Shown: positions 20,347 to 31,415, counted from the whole stretch's first letter. The stretch: 62,644 nt of DNA, filler included, from an uncultured Acidimicrobiia bacterium (GCA_964347285.1; 22 parts of 22 records of this genome joined end to end with filler, not necessarily neighbours in it); one strand, 5' to 3'. Notes: generated by a model from the sequence alone, not told the origin. Numbers and translations: made by a program.

Positions 20347-20446
20347 NNNNNNNNNNNNNNNNNNNNNNNNNNNNNNNNNNNNNNNNNNNNTTAATTAATT
20401 AANNNNNNNNNNNNNNNNNNNNNNNNNNNNNNNNNNNNNNNNNNNN

Positions 20447-20665
20447 AAGATCCTCGGGCGCGACGGTCTGGAGTGGGAGGAGCGCGACATCCTCACCACC
20501 CGCCTTCCCCACACCCCAGATGCCCTCGCCGCCATGACCCGACGCCTGGCCGACGCCGGAGTCAACATCGACGCCATGTACCTGCTCCGCTCCTCGGCCG
20601 AGGGCCTCGAGTTCGCCCTCGCCGTCGACAACGTCGAGCCGGCCCGCAACCACCTCGCCGTCTAG
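20447..20665 (+). CDS. ACT-domain protein, C-terminal fragment
   Basis: LPHTPDALAAMTRRLADAGVNIDAMY...FALAVDN. Confidence 0.75.
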   Translation, partial: KILGRDGLEWEERDILTTRLPHTPDALAAMTRRLADAGVNIDAMYLLRSSAEGLEFALAVDNVEPARNHLAV

Positions 20666-20670
20666 CGCCC

Positions 20671-21687
20671 GTGTCCCTCGGATACGGACTCATCAGTTGC
20701 CACCGCTCACCGGGCGACTCCCGCACGTGGACCGATCTCTACCGGGAGGCCCTGACCCTCACCGAGCGAGCCGAGCGCCTCGGTTTCGAGTGGGTGTGGA
20801 CCACCGAGCACCACTTCGTCGACGACGGCTACATGCCGTCACTGCTGACCATGAGCGCGGCGATGGCGGCCCGCACCACCAGGATCAAGATCGGGACCGG
20901 CGTGCTGCTGGCTCCGCTCCACCACCCCCTCCGGCTGGCCGAGGACGCCGCCACCGTTCAGCTCATCAGCGGCGGCCGACTGCTCCTCGGCCTGGGCCTG
21001 GGCTGGTCCGATATCGAGTTCGAAGCATTCGGGGCCGACCCCTCGGTGCGAGGGCGGGCCATGAACGAGATAATCCCGGTCCTCCGTCAGGCATGGTCGG
21101 GAGAGCCGATCCGCCACGACGGCTCTCTCTATCGCCTCCCCCCGGTCGCGGTGCGGCCGACGCCCGAGAGCCAAATCCCCATCTTGATCGGTGGCAACGC
21201 CGATGCCGCCTTGCGCCGGGCCGGAAGGCTCGCCGACGGCTTCTTCTCCAATGCCCCTCCCGACCGCCTGTCGCACCAGGCGGCAGTGATCGGCGAGGCG
21301 CTGGCCGAAGCGGGCCGCGCTCCGGCCTCGTTCGAGTGGCACTACTACGCATTCGCCTACCCCTGTGACGATCCGGACGCGGGCTGGAAGGAGGTCCGTG
21401 ACCACCTGTGGGCCACCCGCTGGAAGTACTCGGACATGGGACCTTCGGCCACCCGTACCGGTCCGCTTCCCACTGCCCCGCCGCCCGACCCCGCCACCGA
21501 GGAGAAGCTGCGCCGGATCATCCTGCTGGGCCCCGGCGACGAGATCGCCGAACAGGTACACGCGTTGCGTGAGGACGCCGGGATCGACTTCCACTTCACC
21601 GCCCGCTCTTATTTCCCCGGCATGCCGTTCTCCCAGCAGGCCGAGGTGATGGATCGCCTCGCCGAGGAGTTGCTACCCGCCCTCTAG
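20671..21687 (+). CDS. LLM-class flavin-dependent oxidoreductase
   Basis: WTTEHHF, IGTGVLLAPLHHPLRLAEDAA, ISGGRL. Confidence 0.92.
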   Translation: MSLGYGLISCHRSPGDSRTWTDLYREALTLTERAERLGFEWVWTTEHHFVDDGYMPSLLTMSAAMAARTTRIKIGTGVLLAPLHHPLRLAEDAATVQLISGGRLLLGLGLGWSDIEFEAFGADPSVRGRAMNEIIPVLRQAWSGEPIRHDGSLYRLPPVAVRPTPESQIPILIGGNADAALRRAGRLADGFFSNAPPDRLSHQAAVIGEALAEAGRAPASFEWHYYAFAYPCDDPDAGWKEVRDHLWATRWKYSDMGPSATRTGPLPTAPPPDPATEEKLRRIILLGPGDEIAEQVHALREDAGIDFHFTARSYFPGMPFSQQAEVMDRLAEELLPAL

Positions 21688-23439
21688 GCAAGATGGCGGC
21701 GGTGCCACTCCAACACGATCTCGAAACGCTCCAGACGGTGGCGGGGCGATCCCGATCGACTCATCTCGTGGCCCTCGTCGGGAAAGCGCACCATCTCCGT
21801 AGTCACTCCCTGCAGGGCGAGCAACGTGAACAGCTGCTCGCCCTGCTCGATCGGGGTGCGCCAGTCGTGTTCGGAGTGAATGACCAGGGTGGGAGCGGAG
21901 ATCCGGTGGGCCGCCGCCATCGGGCTCGCCTTCCAGAAGTCCTCGAAGCCTTCGGGAATCTGGGTGCCCAGATACATCGCCCCGAAGTAGGGACCGATGT
22001 CAGACGTCCCGACGAAAGAGGGGAAGGCGGTGAGGGCCCGCTCGACGATGCCCGAGCGAAACCGATCGTCGAGGGCCAGCAGGCGAGCCGTTGCATACCC
22101 CCCGTACGACCCGCCCATCACCCCGATGCGCTCCGGGTCGAGGCGGGGAAACCGCTCCAAGGCCGCGTCGACGCAGGCCCGGAGGTCGGCGAGGTCGGGA
22201 GGCTCTTCATCCATCCAGCGGCCGACAACGGCCCGGGAGAAGTCCCGGCCCCGGCCGCTGGAACCGCGCGGGTTGCAGGCCACCACGCCGAAGCCGGCCC
22301 CGGCGTACACCTGAAACTCGTCGAAGAACGCGTACCCGTATTGGGCGGCGGGGCCTCCATGGATGTTCAGGAGCAGCGGCAGCCGGTCTCCTCCTTCGGG
22401 CAGATAGGCCCAGGCCTGGACGTCCCCGCCATCGGCGGCGACCGTGAACGGCTCGGGGGAAACCAGCGGCACCGTGGCGCGGAACTCCTCGTTGAGAGAC
22501 GTGAGCCGGCGCTCCTCCCCCCCTTCCCACCAGTACAGCTCGCCGGGATCCGTGGGGGTCGACGCCACGAAGGCGAGAGCGGTCCCGTCGGATCGGGCAC
22601 TGAGGCCGGAGATCACCCGATCTCCCTCCAGGACGGTCTCGACGGATCCCCCGTCGTCGACCCGGATCACCCCGAGGCGCCCGGCGTCCTCCAGGACCGT
22701 GTTGAAACCGCTTTCAAGCCACTGGGGCCCGGGCGGGGCGATCGGGGGGGAGGACGGGAGCGGGCTGCGGTCCAAACGGCCGGTGAGGTCGACGAGTACG
22801 CCCTCCGCATCACGGCGAAACACCGCATTCACCCCCGGCCAGTCCCAGGGGTCGGTCGTTCCGACGAGATACACGGTGCCGTCCGGCCGGTAGCCCACCC
22901 AGTCCCACAGACCGACGCCGGCCAGCGCCCGAGGGGGTCCGCCTCCGGCGGACAGCTCCCAGGGCTGAACACCGGCGTCCAGGCCGCGGCGCTCGTGGCG
23001 GGCGCTCAAGAACGCAATGGCCTCGCCGTCGGGACGCCATGCCACGGCGTTCTCCCTGAAGTCCCCGCCCGTCAGCAGCCGGGTGCGGCCGCCGGACGTC
23101 TCTACGACGTAGACGTGAGAGCGCCGGTCATGCCGGAAGCCCTCGTTGTCGAAGCGCCAGTCGGTCCGGCTCCAACGGGCCGGCTTCCGGGCACGACCTT
23201 CGTCGTCGAGGCCCTGGAACTCCTCGGTCCAGTCCATCGCCACCACGGCCAGGCCCAACCCGTCGGGCGACCACTCCGCCTCTCTGGCCCCCAGCCCGAA
23301 CTCGGCCACGACGGCGGCATCGCCGCCCTCGGCGGACACCACGCACACGACCTGTTGCTCTCGGGTGGGACCGCGCAGAAAAGCGAGGCGTGATCCATCG
23401 GGCGACCATCGGGGGCGCGAGTCGTGGGGGCCGGTGGTG
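21684..23439 (-). CDS. S9 family (acylaminoacyl/dipeptidyl) peptidase, 5'-partial
   Basis: IHGGP, NPRGSSG, GGSYGG, HSEHDWRTP, EGHE; WSPDG propeller repeats. Confidence 0.93.
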
Positions 23440-23676
23440 NNNNNNNNNNNNNNNNNNNNNNNNNNNNNNNNNNNNNNNNNNNNTTAATTAATTAANNNNN
23501 NNNNNNNNNNNNNNNNNNNNNNNNNNNNNNNNNNNNNNNCGCGACACGGGTCGATTTGCACAGAGCGGATGGGTGTTCCGTCGCCAGCTCTCGAACTCGG
23601 ATTTCGCCCAACCAGACGAGCACCCGCTCCGCAGGTGTGCTTGACTGTCTCCAACTGCCACGAGGGGAGGTATCAG

Positions 23677-24087
23677 ATGGCAGATCTCAAGGGGCACGCC
23701 AACAGCCTGCTGGAGGCGTTCAACAACGCCGACTGGGACAGCTTTCGAAATCTGGTGGGTAATGCCACCTACCACGAGCTGGGAACACAGCGGAGCCTGA
23801 GCGGCGATGAGTTGATCGATGCCATGAAGGGGTGGCGGACGGCCATGCCCGACGTCACCGGCACGGTCACCAACGTCTTCGAGAGCGGAAACCAAGTGGT
23901 TCAAGAGGTGACCTGGACCGGGACGCACACCGGTCCACTGGCGACGCCGGAGGGCGAGATCCCTGCGTCGGGCAAATCTCAGACGACGCCGGCAGCCATC
24001 GTGCTCGAGTACGAGGGCGACCGGCTCAAGGAATGGCGTCAGTACTTCGACATGCTGACGTTCCTCCGCCAGATCGGCGCCGCCTAG
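23677..24087 (+). CDS. SnoaL-like ester cyclase family protein
   Basis: EAFNNAD, AMPD, WTGTHTGPL, IPASGK, YFD; SD GGAGG. Confidence 0.88.
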   Translation: MADLKGHANSLLEAFNNADWDSFRNLVGNATYHELGTQRSLSGDELIDAMKGWRTAMPDVTGTVTNVFESGNQVVQEVTWTGTHTGPLATPEGEIPASGKSQTTPAAIVLEYEGDRLKEWRQYFDMLTFLRQIGAA

Positions 24088-24328
24088 CCCACAGCTGTAC
24101 AGCCGGTTTCCCGCCCGAACCTCGTCACGAGGTTGGGCATCCGAGCGCGCTCGCAGCGCAGAGCGCGCTCCGCGGCGCCCAACCCACAACCGCCGGCCAC
24201 AGATCGGGGGCCGCCGGGACGAAGCCGGGCTTCCTGTGGAGTCCAGGGCCTTCGGGTGCCGAGCACCTGATGAGGGGCGGAGGCAACCCGGCGGCCTAAC
24301 CGCGTCGGCGGCGTCGCGGTCGGTCACC

Positions 24329-26062
24329 CGAGTCCGTGAGGCGGGCAGCGACGGGAAATTGCTGTGGGGCGACGATGGAGAGGTGTACCAGGTCACTCTC
24401 GTCGAGAAGCTGCTGGTGCCCGCCCTGACGAAACTTTCCAACTTCGTCCCCGGCGGGGGCATCTGGATGAACACGCAACGACCGGAGTGGAACGACGCCA
24501 ACAACGCCCTCGTCGGCTTCGGGTTGTCGATGGTGACCCTGTATCACCTCCGTCGATACCTCCACCACCTCAGATCGCTGATCCGTGCGACACAGCTGGC
24601 AGACGTGGCCATGTCGAAGGAGATCGCCGATTGGACCTCGGCCGTCACCGGCGCGCTTCGCAAGTCTCACCAGCGAGCCGCCGATGTCACCGACCGGGGC
24701 CGCAAGGATGTCATGGACGAGCTCGGACGCGCTTTCTCCGAATACCGGGCCCGCGTCTACGCCTCCGGTTTCTCGGGATTCACTCCGGTCGCCCCGGACG
24801 AAATCGCCGAGCTGTGCGATATCGCAATCGAGCATCTCGACGAGACGATCCGCAGCAGCCGCCGCGCCGACGGCCTCTACCACTCCTACAACCTGATCCG
24901 CTTTGCCCCCGACGGGTCGGCGGCTTCCGTGGAGCGCCTGCACGAAATGCTCGAAGGCCAGGTCGCCGTCCTCAGCTCGGGCGTGCTGTCCCCAGAAGAA
25001 CAGGCCGATGTGGTCGATGCCCTGCTGGCCAGCGCGATGTATCGCCCCGACCAACGGAGCTTCCTGCTGTACCCGGTCCGGCACCTTCCATCGTTCCTCG
25101 ACAAGAACGTCGTGCCGGCGGAAGCCGTTGAGGGCAACCCGCTCCTCGCGGCGCTACACGAAGCCGGTGACCGCTCGGTGGTCGCCATCGACGCAGACCG
25201 CCGATTCCGGTTCAATACCGCCTTCGCCAACCGGGACGATCTCGAAGCGGCGCTCGATCGCCTCGCCGTTGATGCGCAATGGAGCAGCCTGGTGCCACGA
25301 CACCGCGACGCGACGCTGGAGACCTACGAGAAGGTCTTCCGCCACCATGCCTATACGGGCCGCTCCGGATCGATGTACGGCTATGAGGGAATCGGCTCCA
25401 TCTATTGGCACATGGTCGCCAAGCTGCTCGTCGCGGTACAGGAGTCGGCAGTCGCCGCGGCATCCGGCGGCGCATCGCCCGCGACGGTGGAGCGCCTCGT
25501 CGACGCCTACTGGCGGATTCGATCGGGACTGGGCTTCAACAAGACTGCCGAGGAGTTCGGCGCCATCCCAATCGATCCCTACTCGCACACACCCGCCCAT
25601 GCCGGCGCCCAGCAGCCCGGCATGACAGGACTGGTCAAGGAGGAACTGCTCACGCGACCTCTCGAGGTCGGTGTGCGTGTTGAGAGCGGGGAGATCCGAT
25701 TCGACCCGCTATTTCTTCGCCGTCACGAGCTGCTCGCAGAAACGGAATCATGGTTGGTATACGACCTCGCCCCCGCACCGTCGGTGATTCAGCTCCCCGA
25801 GGGCTCCTTGGGCATGACCCTGTGCCAAGTGCCGATCGTCGTCTCGGTGGCACGAAGCGATGCCAGGGTCGAGGTGCTCTTCGCCGACGGCACGACGAAA
25901 TCGCAGTCCGGCCTGCATCTCGACCGCCAAACCAGTGCCAGGGTCTTCGCTCGATCGGGTGAGATCACGCGAATCCACGCCTACGTGCCCGACGAAGTGG
26001 TGGCCCGGCACCCGGCGGCGGAGCCGATGGAGAGACTCGACAGGGGGCACTCTCCCTCTTAG
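24329..26062 (+). pseudogene. GH149-like beta-1,3-glucan phosphorylase, C-terminal half only
   Basis: GGIWMNTQRPEWNDANNALVG, GLYHSYNL, EMLEGQVA, YEGIGSIYWHMV, DPYSHTP...QQPGMTG. There is no room for an N-terminal half after the SnoaL stop at 24087 and no convincing RBS/start. Confidence 0.7.
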
Positions 26063-26162
26063 TGACCAAGCGTCTCCAGGCACGTCGTCCTTGAAGTCGA
26101 CCCGGCCGCTGATGCCCTCGAATCCGTCCGGGCCCTCCACGATCGGCGTCCCAGACTCGGCC

Positions 26163-26519
26163 CTAGCCGTACGTGATGTGGCGCACGATGAGGAGCGGAT
26201 CACCACTCGGGGTGAACTCGAAGAGAGACGCACCTTCGAACGGTTGTCCGCTTGCGTGTGCACTTGCGGTGAAGGAGGAGACCAAGAAGATGTAGTTGCG
26301 CCACACCATCATCGGGCCCCCTGGGTCGTGAAGTCCTGCTCATTGTGGAGCCACTCGACATGGTCGGCCAGGTCATCGTCGGCCCGGTATTCGGTTCCGC
26401 CGGCGGTCACATGCCGCCCGGTCCTCAAGAAATACGCTGCGACAGCCTCGCCGTCGCCCTCGTTCCAGGCCCTTTCGAAGGCACCACCCGGGGCGAGAAT
26501 CTCAACCATCTGTTGTTGG
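26163..26519 (-). pseudogene. SnoaL/NTF2-like protein with a frameshift, 5'-partial
   Basis: Frame 1 reads FERAWNEGDGEAVAAYF...FTTQG. A different frame continues PMMVWRNYIFLV...GASLFEF...IVRHITYG*. The switch is at the 5-nt homopolymer 26317-26321. Confidence 0.55.
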
Positions 26520-26653
26520 NNNNNNNNNNNNNNNNNNNNNNNNNNNNNNNNNNNNNNNNNNNNTTAATTAATTAANNNNNNNNNNNNNNNNNNNNNNNNN
26601 NNNNNNNNNNNNNNNNNNNGCCATCTAACGTCGGAGGCAGGGAAGGAGACCGC

Positions 26654-27685
26654 GTGCACGCCCAGGTACTGCACCGTCCGGCGCCGATCGGGGAGCGGCC
26701 CCTGCAGCTCGAGGAGCGCCCCGGTCCGGAGCCGGCGCCGGGAGAGATCGTGCTGGAGGTGGGCGCCTGCGGGGTGTGCCGCACCGACCTCCAGATCACC
26801 GAAGGCGATCTCGGCGCCCGGACGCTGCCCATCACCCCCGGCCACCAGGCAGTGGGCCAGGTGGCAGCGGTGGGCGAGGGGGTCGAGGCATGGGCTGTGG
26901 GGGACCGGGCCGGGGTCGGCTGGCTGGGCGGAGCCTGCGGAGCCTGTGAATTCTGCACCTCGGGCCGGGAGAACCTGTGCCGGGAAGCACTGTTCACCGG
27001 GTGGGACCGGGACGGCGGCTACGCCGAGCAGATGGCGGTCCGGGCCGACTTCGCCCTCCCGCTACCGCCGGGTGCCGCCGATCTCGACCTGGCGCCCTTG
27101 CTGTGCGGGGGGGTGATCGGCTATCGCTCGTTGAAGGTGTCCACCATCGAGCCGGGCGGCCGTCTGGGACTGTACGGCTTCGGGGCCTCGGCGCTGCTGG
27201 CCATCCAGGTGGCGGTTCACTGGGGGTGCGAGGTGTACGTGGCCACCCGCTCGGAAGCCGAGCGGGAACGGGCCCTGGGAATGGGGGCGGTGTGGGCCGG
27301 CGGCTACGACGACTCGCCTCCGGTGCCCCTCGATGCCGCCGTCACCTTTGCTCCGGTGGGCGAGGTGGTCGTAGCCGCTCTAGGGGCCCTCGACCGGGGT
27401 GGGGTCGTGGCCATCAATGCCATCCATCTCGACCGCATCCCGGAGTTCCCCTACGCGCTGCTCTGGGAGGAGCGCCAGCTCCGCAGCGTCGCCAACTTCA
27501 CCCGCGCCGACGCCCGGGAGTTCTTGACCCTGGCCGCCCAGATCCCGGTCACCACGGTCGCCGACCCCTACCCCCTGGCCGAGGCCAACACCGCCCTGGC
27601 CCACCTCGAGGCGGGGGAGGTGGAGGGGGCGGCGGTCCTGGTGCCGCAGGACCCGCCGCCCGTCGTTGTCTTTGGGACCGGCTAG
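26654..27685 (+). CDS. Zinc-dependent alcohol dehydrogenase family protein
   Basis: CGVCRTD, PGHQ, CGACEFC...NLC, GLYGFGAS. Confidence 0.93.
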   Translation: MHAQVLHRPAPIGERPLQLEERPGPEPAPGEIVLEVGACGVCRTDLQITEGDLGARTLPITPGHQAVGQVAAVGEGVEAWAVGDRAGVGWLGGACGACEFCTSGRENLCREALFTGWDRDGGYAEQMAVRADFALPLPPGAADLDLAPLLCGGVIGYRSLKVSTIEPGGRLGLYGFGASALLAIQVAVHWGCEVYVATRSEAERERALGMGAVWAGGYDDSPPVPLDAAVTFAPVGEVVVAALGALDRGGVVAINAIHLDRIPEFPYALLWEERQLRSVANFTRADAREFLTLAAQIPVTTVADPYPLAEANTALAHLEAGEVEGAAVLVPQDPPPVVVFGTG

Positions 27686-28110
27686 CCCTCTGGAGGCTCC
27701 ATGGCGCCGATCTGCATCATGAAGCTGCTCATGTCGAAGACGCCCCGCCGCTCGGTGATCTTGCCTGCGTCGTTGAAGGTGGCGATCTCGATTCCCTGCA
27801 GGGCGATCGATTGGCCCTGCGGCGGCGGCATGCCGGGCAGCGCTCCCGTGTAGGTGCCGGTGACCTTGACCCGCGACACCAGCTGGTTGCCCTCGGCGAT
27901 GAGATCCTCGACGTGCATCTTCATGTCGGGCATCGCCTCGTAGTACTTGGCCACGGTCTTCTTGACGTCCTCGGCCGTCGACCCCATCCCCGGGTCGGGA
28001 TCGTGATCGACGAAGCCCTCGGCGCAGCACTCGTCGACGACGTCGACGTTTCCCGTGCTGAAGCCTTCGTACATCTTGAGCAGGGTCGCCTTGTTCTCGG
28101 CGGCTCCCAT
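27682..28110 (-). CDS. SnoaL-like ester cyclase family protein
   Basis: ENKA, FVDHD, AMPDM, DLIAEG, GKITE. Confidence 0.88.
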   Translation of the reverse strand: MGAAENKATLLKMYEGFSTGNVDVVDECCAEGFVDHDPDPGMGSTAEDVKKTVAKYYEAMPDMKMHVEDLIAEGNQLVSRVKVTGTYTGALPGMPPPQGQSIALQGIEIATFNDAGKITERRGVFDMSSFMMQIGAMEPPEG

Positions 28111-28293
28111 TGGACCCCCTTTCCGGTCGACAGTGGTCCCGGACGACTCTACACAGCGTGCGCCGATGCGTGCCGGGGCGGGCGTAGGATGGAGTCGGAC
28201 CGGAGGGCTCCATTTTGCGGGGCCCTTCCCCGACACTAGGTCGTGGACGCGAGTACGCTCGGGCCGGTACGCATCCCAGAAAGGGGGATTCAG

Positions 28294-28665
28294 ATGGACG
28301 CTCCGCTGCGTGTCACCCTGCCCGCTTCCGATATAGCCCGGGCCAAGGCGTGGTACCAGGAGAAGCTCGACCTCAAGCCGGTCGAGGAGAGCGAGGACGG
28401 CGCCTGGTACGAGTCGGGGGGCACCCGCTTCCTGCTCTACCCGTCGCAGTTCGCCGGCACCAACCAGGCCACTGCGGCCGGGTTCGAGGTCGACGACTTC
28501 GATGCCGCTGCCTCGATGCTGCGAAGCAGGGGGGTCACCTTCGAGGAGTACGACTTCGGCGAGGACTTTCGGACCGTAGACGGGGTGTTCACCACCTCCG
28601 ACGGCAGCAAGGCCTGCTGGTTCAAGGACAGCGAAGGGAACATTCTCTCCCTCACGAACATGTAG
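28294..28665 (+). CDS. VOC/glyoxalase family protein
   Basis: LPASDIARAKAWY, GVTFEEYD, WFKDSEGNILS. Confidence 0.9.
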   Translation: MDAPLRVTLPASDIARAKAWYQEKLDLKPVEESEDGAWYESGGTRFLLYPSQFAGTNQATAAGFEVDDFDAAASMLRSRGVTFEEYDFGEDFRTVDGVFTTSDGSKACWFKDSEGNILSLTNM

Positions 28666-28687
28666 GGACCGATTCCTCGGCGCGAGG

Positions 28688-28714
28688 GCGGGCACCTTTG
28701 GGTGCCCGCTTCTT
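28688..28714 (+). terminator. Intrinsic terminator after the VOC gene
   Basis: GCGGGCACC-TTTG-GGTGCCCGC-TTCTT. Confidence 0.6.
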
Positions 28715-28878
28715 GCCGCCTGGGTCGGCTGAGGACCGGGAGACTCCAGGGGGTCACCGGGAGCTTTTCGCCAACGGTCCATCGGGTTGCGACTGCGCCG
28801 TCGGCGCCGGATCGAGGCGGCTCCGGAAGCCGTGGGCACCGACTCGGGCGGCGCTGCAGCCCTATGCGACCGGGGTGG

Positions 28879-29583
28879 TCACGGCGTGGGGCGGCGTCCG
28901 AAGCCCTCGTAGCGAAGGCCGGCCGCCCGGGCCTCCTCGGGCTCGATGAAGTTGCGGCCGTCGATGAGCAGTTCGCCGGCCATGACATTACCGAGCTTGA
29001 CGAGGTCGAGGGCGCCGTACTCCGGCCAGTCCGTGATGAGGACGACGGCGTCGGCATTGCGCGCTGCGTCGTAGGGGTTGGCGGCGATCGTGCAGTCGGC
29101 ATCGGTAGAGACTGACGTCACCGCCGGGTCGTGAGCGATAACCGCGGCACCCCGCTCGACGAGGCCGGCGGCGATGTCCAGCGAGGGTGCGTCGCGCAGG
29201 TCGTCGGTTCCCGGTTTGAAGGCCAGCCCGAGGAGGGCCACACGGCACCCTTCGAGGTCGCCGAGATGCCGCTCGAGCTTCTCGACGACGGCCTGGCGCT
29301 GCCTCTGGTTGACGGAACGGACCGCCTCCAGGAGCTCGGGGCGGTGACCGTTGGAGTCGGAGGTCGCCACCAGGGCGGCCAAATCCTTGGGGAAGCAGGA
29401 TCCACCCCAGCCCACGCCCGCTCCTAGGAAATGGCGCCCGATGCGATGATCGACACCGATGATGTCGGCCACACCCCGAACGTCGGCCCCGACCCGTTCA
29501 CAGATTGCGGCGATTTCGTTGATGAAGCTGATCTTGGTGGCCAAAAAGGCGTTGGCGGCGTACTTGCCCATCTCGGCCGTGGC
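28879..29583 (-). CDS. ugd: UDP-glucose/GDP-mannose dehydrogenase, 5'-partial
   Basis: KYAANAFLATKISFINE, GWGGSCFPKD, GLAFKPGTDDLR, DGRN. Confidence 0.92.
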   Translation of the reverse strand, partial: ATAEMGKYAANAFLATKISFINEIAAICERVGADVRGVADIIGVDHRIGRHFLGAGVGWGGSCFPKDLAALVATSDSNGHRPELLEAVRSVNQRQRQAVVEKLERHLGDLEGCRVALLGLAFKPGTDDLRDAPSLDIAAGLVERGAAVIAHDPAVTSVSTDADCTIAANPYDAARNADAVVLITDWPEYGALDLVKLGNVMAGELLIDGRNFIEPEEARAAGLRYEGFGRRPTP

Positions 29584-29693
29584 NNNNNNNNNNNNNNNNN
29601 NNNNNNNNNNNNNNNNNNNNNNNNNNNTTAATTAATTAANNNNNNNNNNNNNNNNNNNNNNNNNNNNNNNNNNNNNNNNNNNNACTACACAAA

Positions 29694-31415
29694 GTGTCTA
29701 GCCTGCTACGCCCCATAGTCGCCCTTGCTCTCGCCCTGGTCGTCGCGAATCTGGCCGCGGTGGGAGCAACGGGCGCGACGCCGGCCGATCTCACCTCGTG
29801 GACCGACGCCTCGTTTCCCGGTGACGGGAGCGCGGTCACCGAGCCGGGAATCTGGGTCGTAGACGAACTCGGCACCGCCGTCGCCCAGACGTGGAACGGC
29901 GCTCCGACCTTCTTCGTCTCGCCGCAAAGCGCAGCGGGCAAGCGCATTTCCGCCACCTTCGACACGCCGACCATCGACGACGACTTCTTCGGCTTCGCCG
30001 TCGGATTCGAACCCGACGACATCGGTGATGCCAGCGCCGACTACGTGATTGTCGATTGGAAGAAGGCCGACCAGTCCATCAACTGGTTCAGCGGGGAGGG
30101 GCCGGTGGTTGGCTCCGCCGGGCTGGCCGTTTCTCGCGTCAACGGAATTCCCAACTTCGACGAGCTGTGGGGTCACACCGACCAGGCCGAGACTTCCGGA
30201 AGAGTCACCGAGCTGGCGCGCGGAGCAAGTCTCGGCGACGTGGGATGGAGCGGCGCCAGCACGTACGACTTCGTAATCGAGTACACCACCCAGCGGCTGC
30301 GGGTGTGGGTCGACGACACCCTCCAGCTCGACGTCTCCGGGGACTTTCCCGACGGGCGGTTCTCTCTCTACAACTTTTCGTTGGCGAGGATGGGTGCCTC
30401 CGGAATCACGTTCGAGAGGCTCGATTCTCCGCCCGAGGTAACCGCCGCTCCCGACATCGTGGTCAACGAGGGTGAGGTGGGCGCCACCTCCGGCGCCATC
30501 ACCGATCCCGACGGTGACGCCCTCACCCTGACCTGTGCCGGGCCGTGCGACGGGTTCGACGATGGTGACGGCGCCTGGACGTGGTCGCAGCTGTTGGCGG
30601 AAGGACCGAACAGCTTTGCCGTTACCGTCACCGCGTCCAATGGGTCGACCTTCGACGCGTCGGCGGCCGTTTCCGACACGTTCGAGGTGACGGTGCACAA
30701 CGTGTCCCCGGTGATCACTGCTACGAGCGATGTGGTGGAGACGGCGCCCGTGGACGCCGCCCTCACCGTCACCGCCGACTTCAGCGACGCCGGGGTCGAG
30801 GACACCCACACTGCGCTGTTCGAGTGGGGCGACGGGCAGTCCTCACACGGTTCGGTCACCGAATCTGCGGGATCGGGCACGGCGTCGGCCACCCACGCCT
30901 ACGCCGAGCCGGGATCTTACGTCGTGTCTGTCACCGTAGAGGACGACGACGGGGGAACGGCCACCGCCACTCTGGGGCAAGTCGTCGTTTTCGATCCCGG
31001 CATTTTCGTGACGGGCGGGGGTTGGGTCGCCTCTCCTGCCGGCGCCTGGACCGAGGACGGAGGCCATCACGGCAAGGCCACGTTCGGTTTCGTCGTTCGG
31101 CACACCACCTCCGGCGGGGTGGAGGGAAACCTGCAGTTTCAGCTCCACAAGGGACTGAACCTCCACGCCACCGGGTTCGACTACCTCTACATAGGCGACG
31201 GGACGGCCTGGTTCAGCGGCTTCGCCAGGGTCAACGGAACCGACGGGTACCGGTTCTCCGTCGTGGCTACCGATGGGCGCATCGCCGGCACCGGTGAGCA
31301 CCTGTTCTCGATCACGGTGACCGGAGGGGAAGCAACCGTCTACGGCGGGTCGGCCTATCCCGACGGGGGTCTACCGACCAAAGGCAAGGGCATCAAGGTC
31401 CATACCAGGGGCTGA
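29694..31415 (+). CDS. Secreted protein: thrombospondin-C-like lectin domain + Ig/PKD domains + C-terminal beta domain
   Basis: Signal peptide; DDDFFGFAVGF...YVIVDWKK; FEWGDG...THAYAEPGSYVV (PKD); VTGGGW...ATFGF tail. Confidence 0.8.
   Translation: MSSLLRPIVALALALVVANLAAVGATGATPADLTSWTDASFPGDGSAVTEPGIWVVDELGTAVAQTWNGAPTFFVSPQSAAGKRISATFDTPTIDDDFFGFAVGFEPDDIGDASADYVIVDWKKADQSINWFSGEGPVVGSAGLAVSRVNGIPNFDELWGHTDQAETSGRVTELARGASLGDVGWSGASTYDFVIEYTTQRLRVWVDDTLQLDVSGDFPDGRFSLYNFSLARMGASGITFERLDSPPEVTAAPDIVVNEGEVGATSGAITDPDGDALTLTCAGPCDGFDDGDGAWTWSQLLAEGPNSFAVTVTASNGSTFDASAAVSDTFEVTVHNVSPVITATSDVVETAPVDAALTVTADFSDAGVEDTHTALFEWGDGQSSHGSVTESAGSGTASATHAYAEPGSYVVSVTVEDDDGGTATATLGQVVVFDPGIFVTGGGWVASPAGAWTEDGGHHGKATFGFVVRHTTSGGVEGNLQFQLHKGLNLHATGFDYLYIGDGTAWFSGFARVNGTDGYRFSVVATDGRIAGTGEHLFSITVTGGEATVYGGSAYPDGGLPTKGKGIKVHTRG

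Noticed and set aside
24113..24300. GTTGGGC / GCCCAAC / GCCTAAC motifs suggesting an integron attC
   Set aside because: Order and spacing do not give an RYYYAAC...GTTRRRY site of valid length, and there is no integron integrase or cassette array.
24267..24300. CTGATGAG hammerhead-like core
   Set aside because: No matching GAAA and stems.
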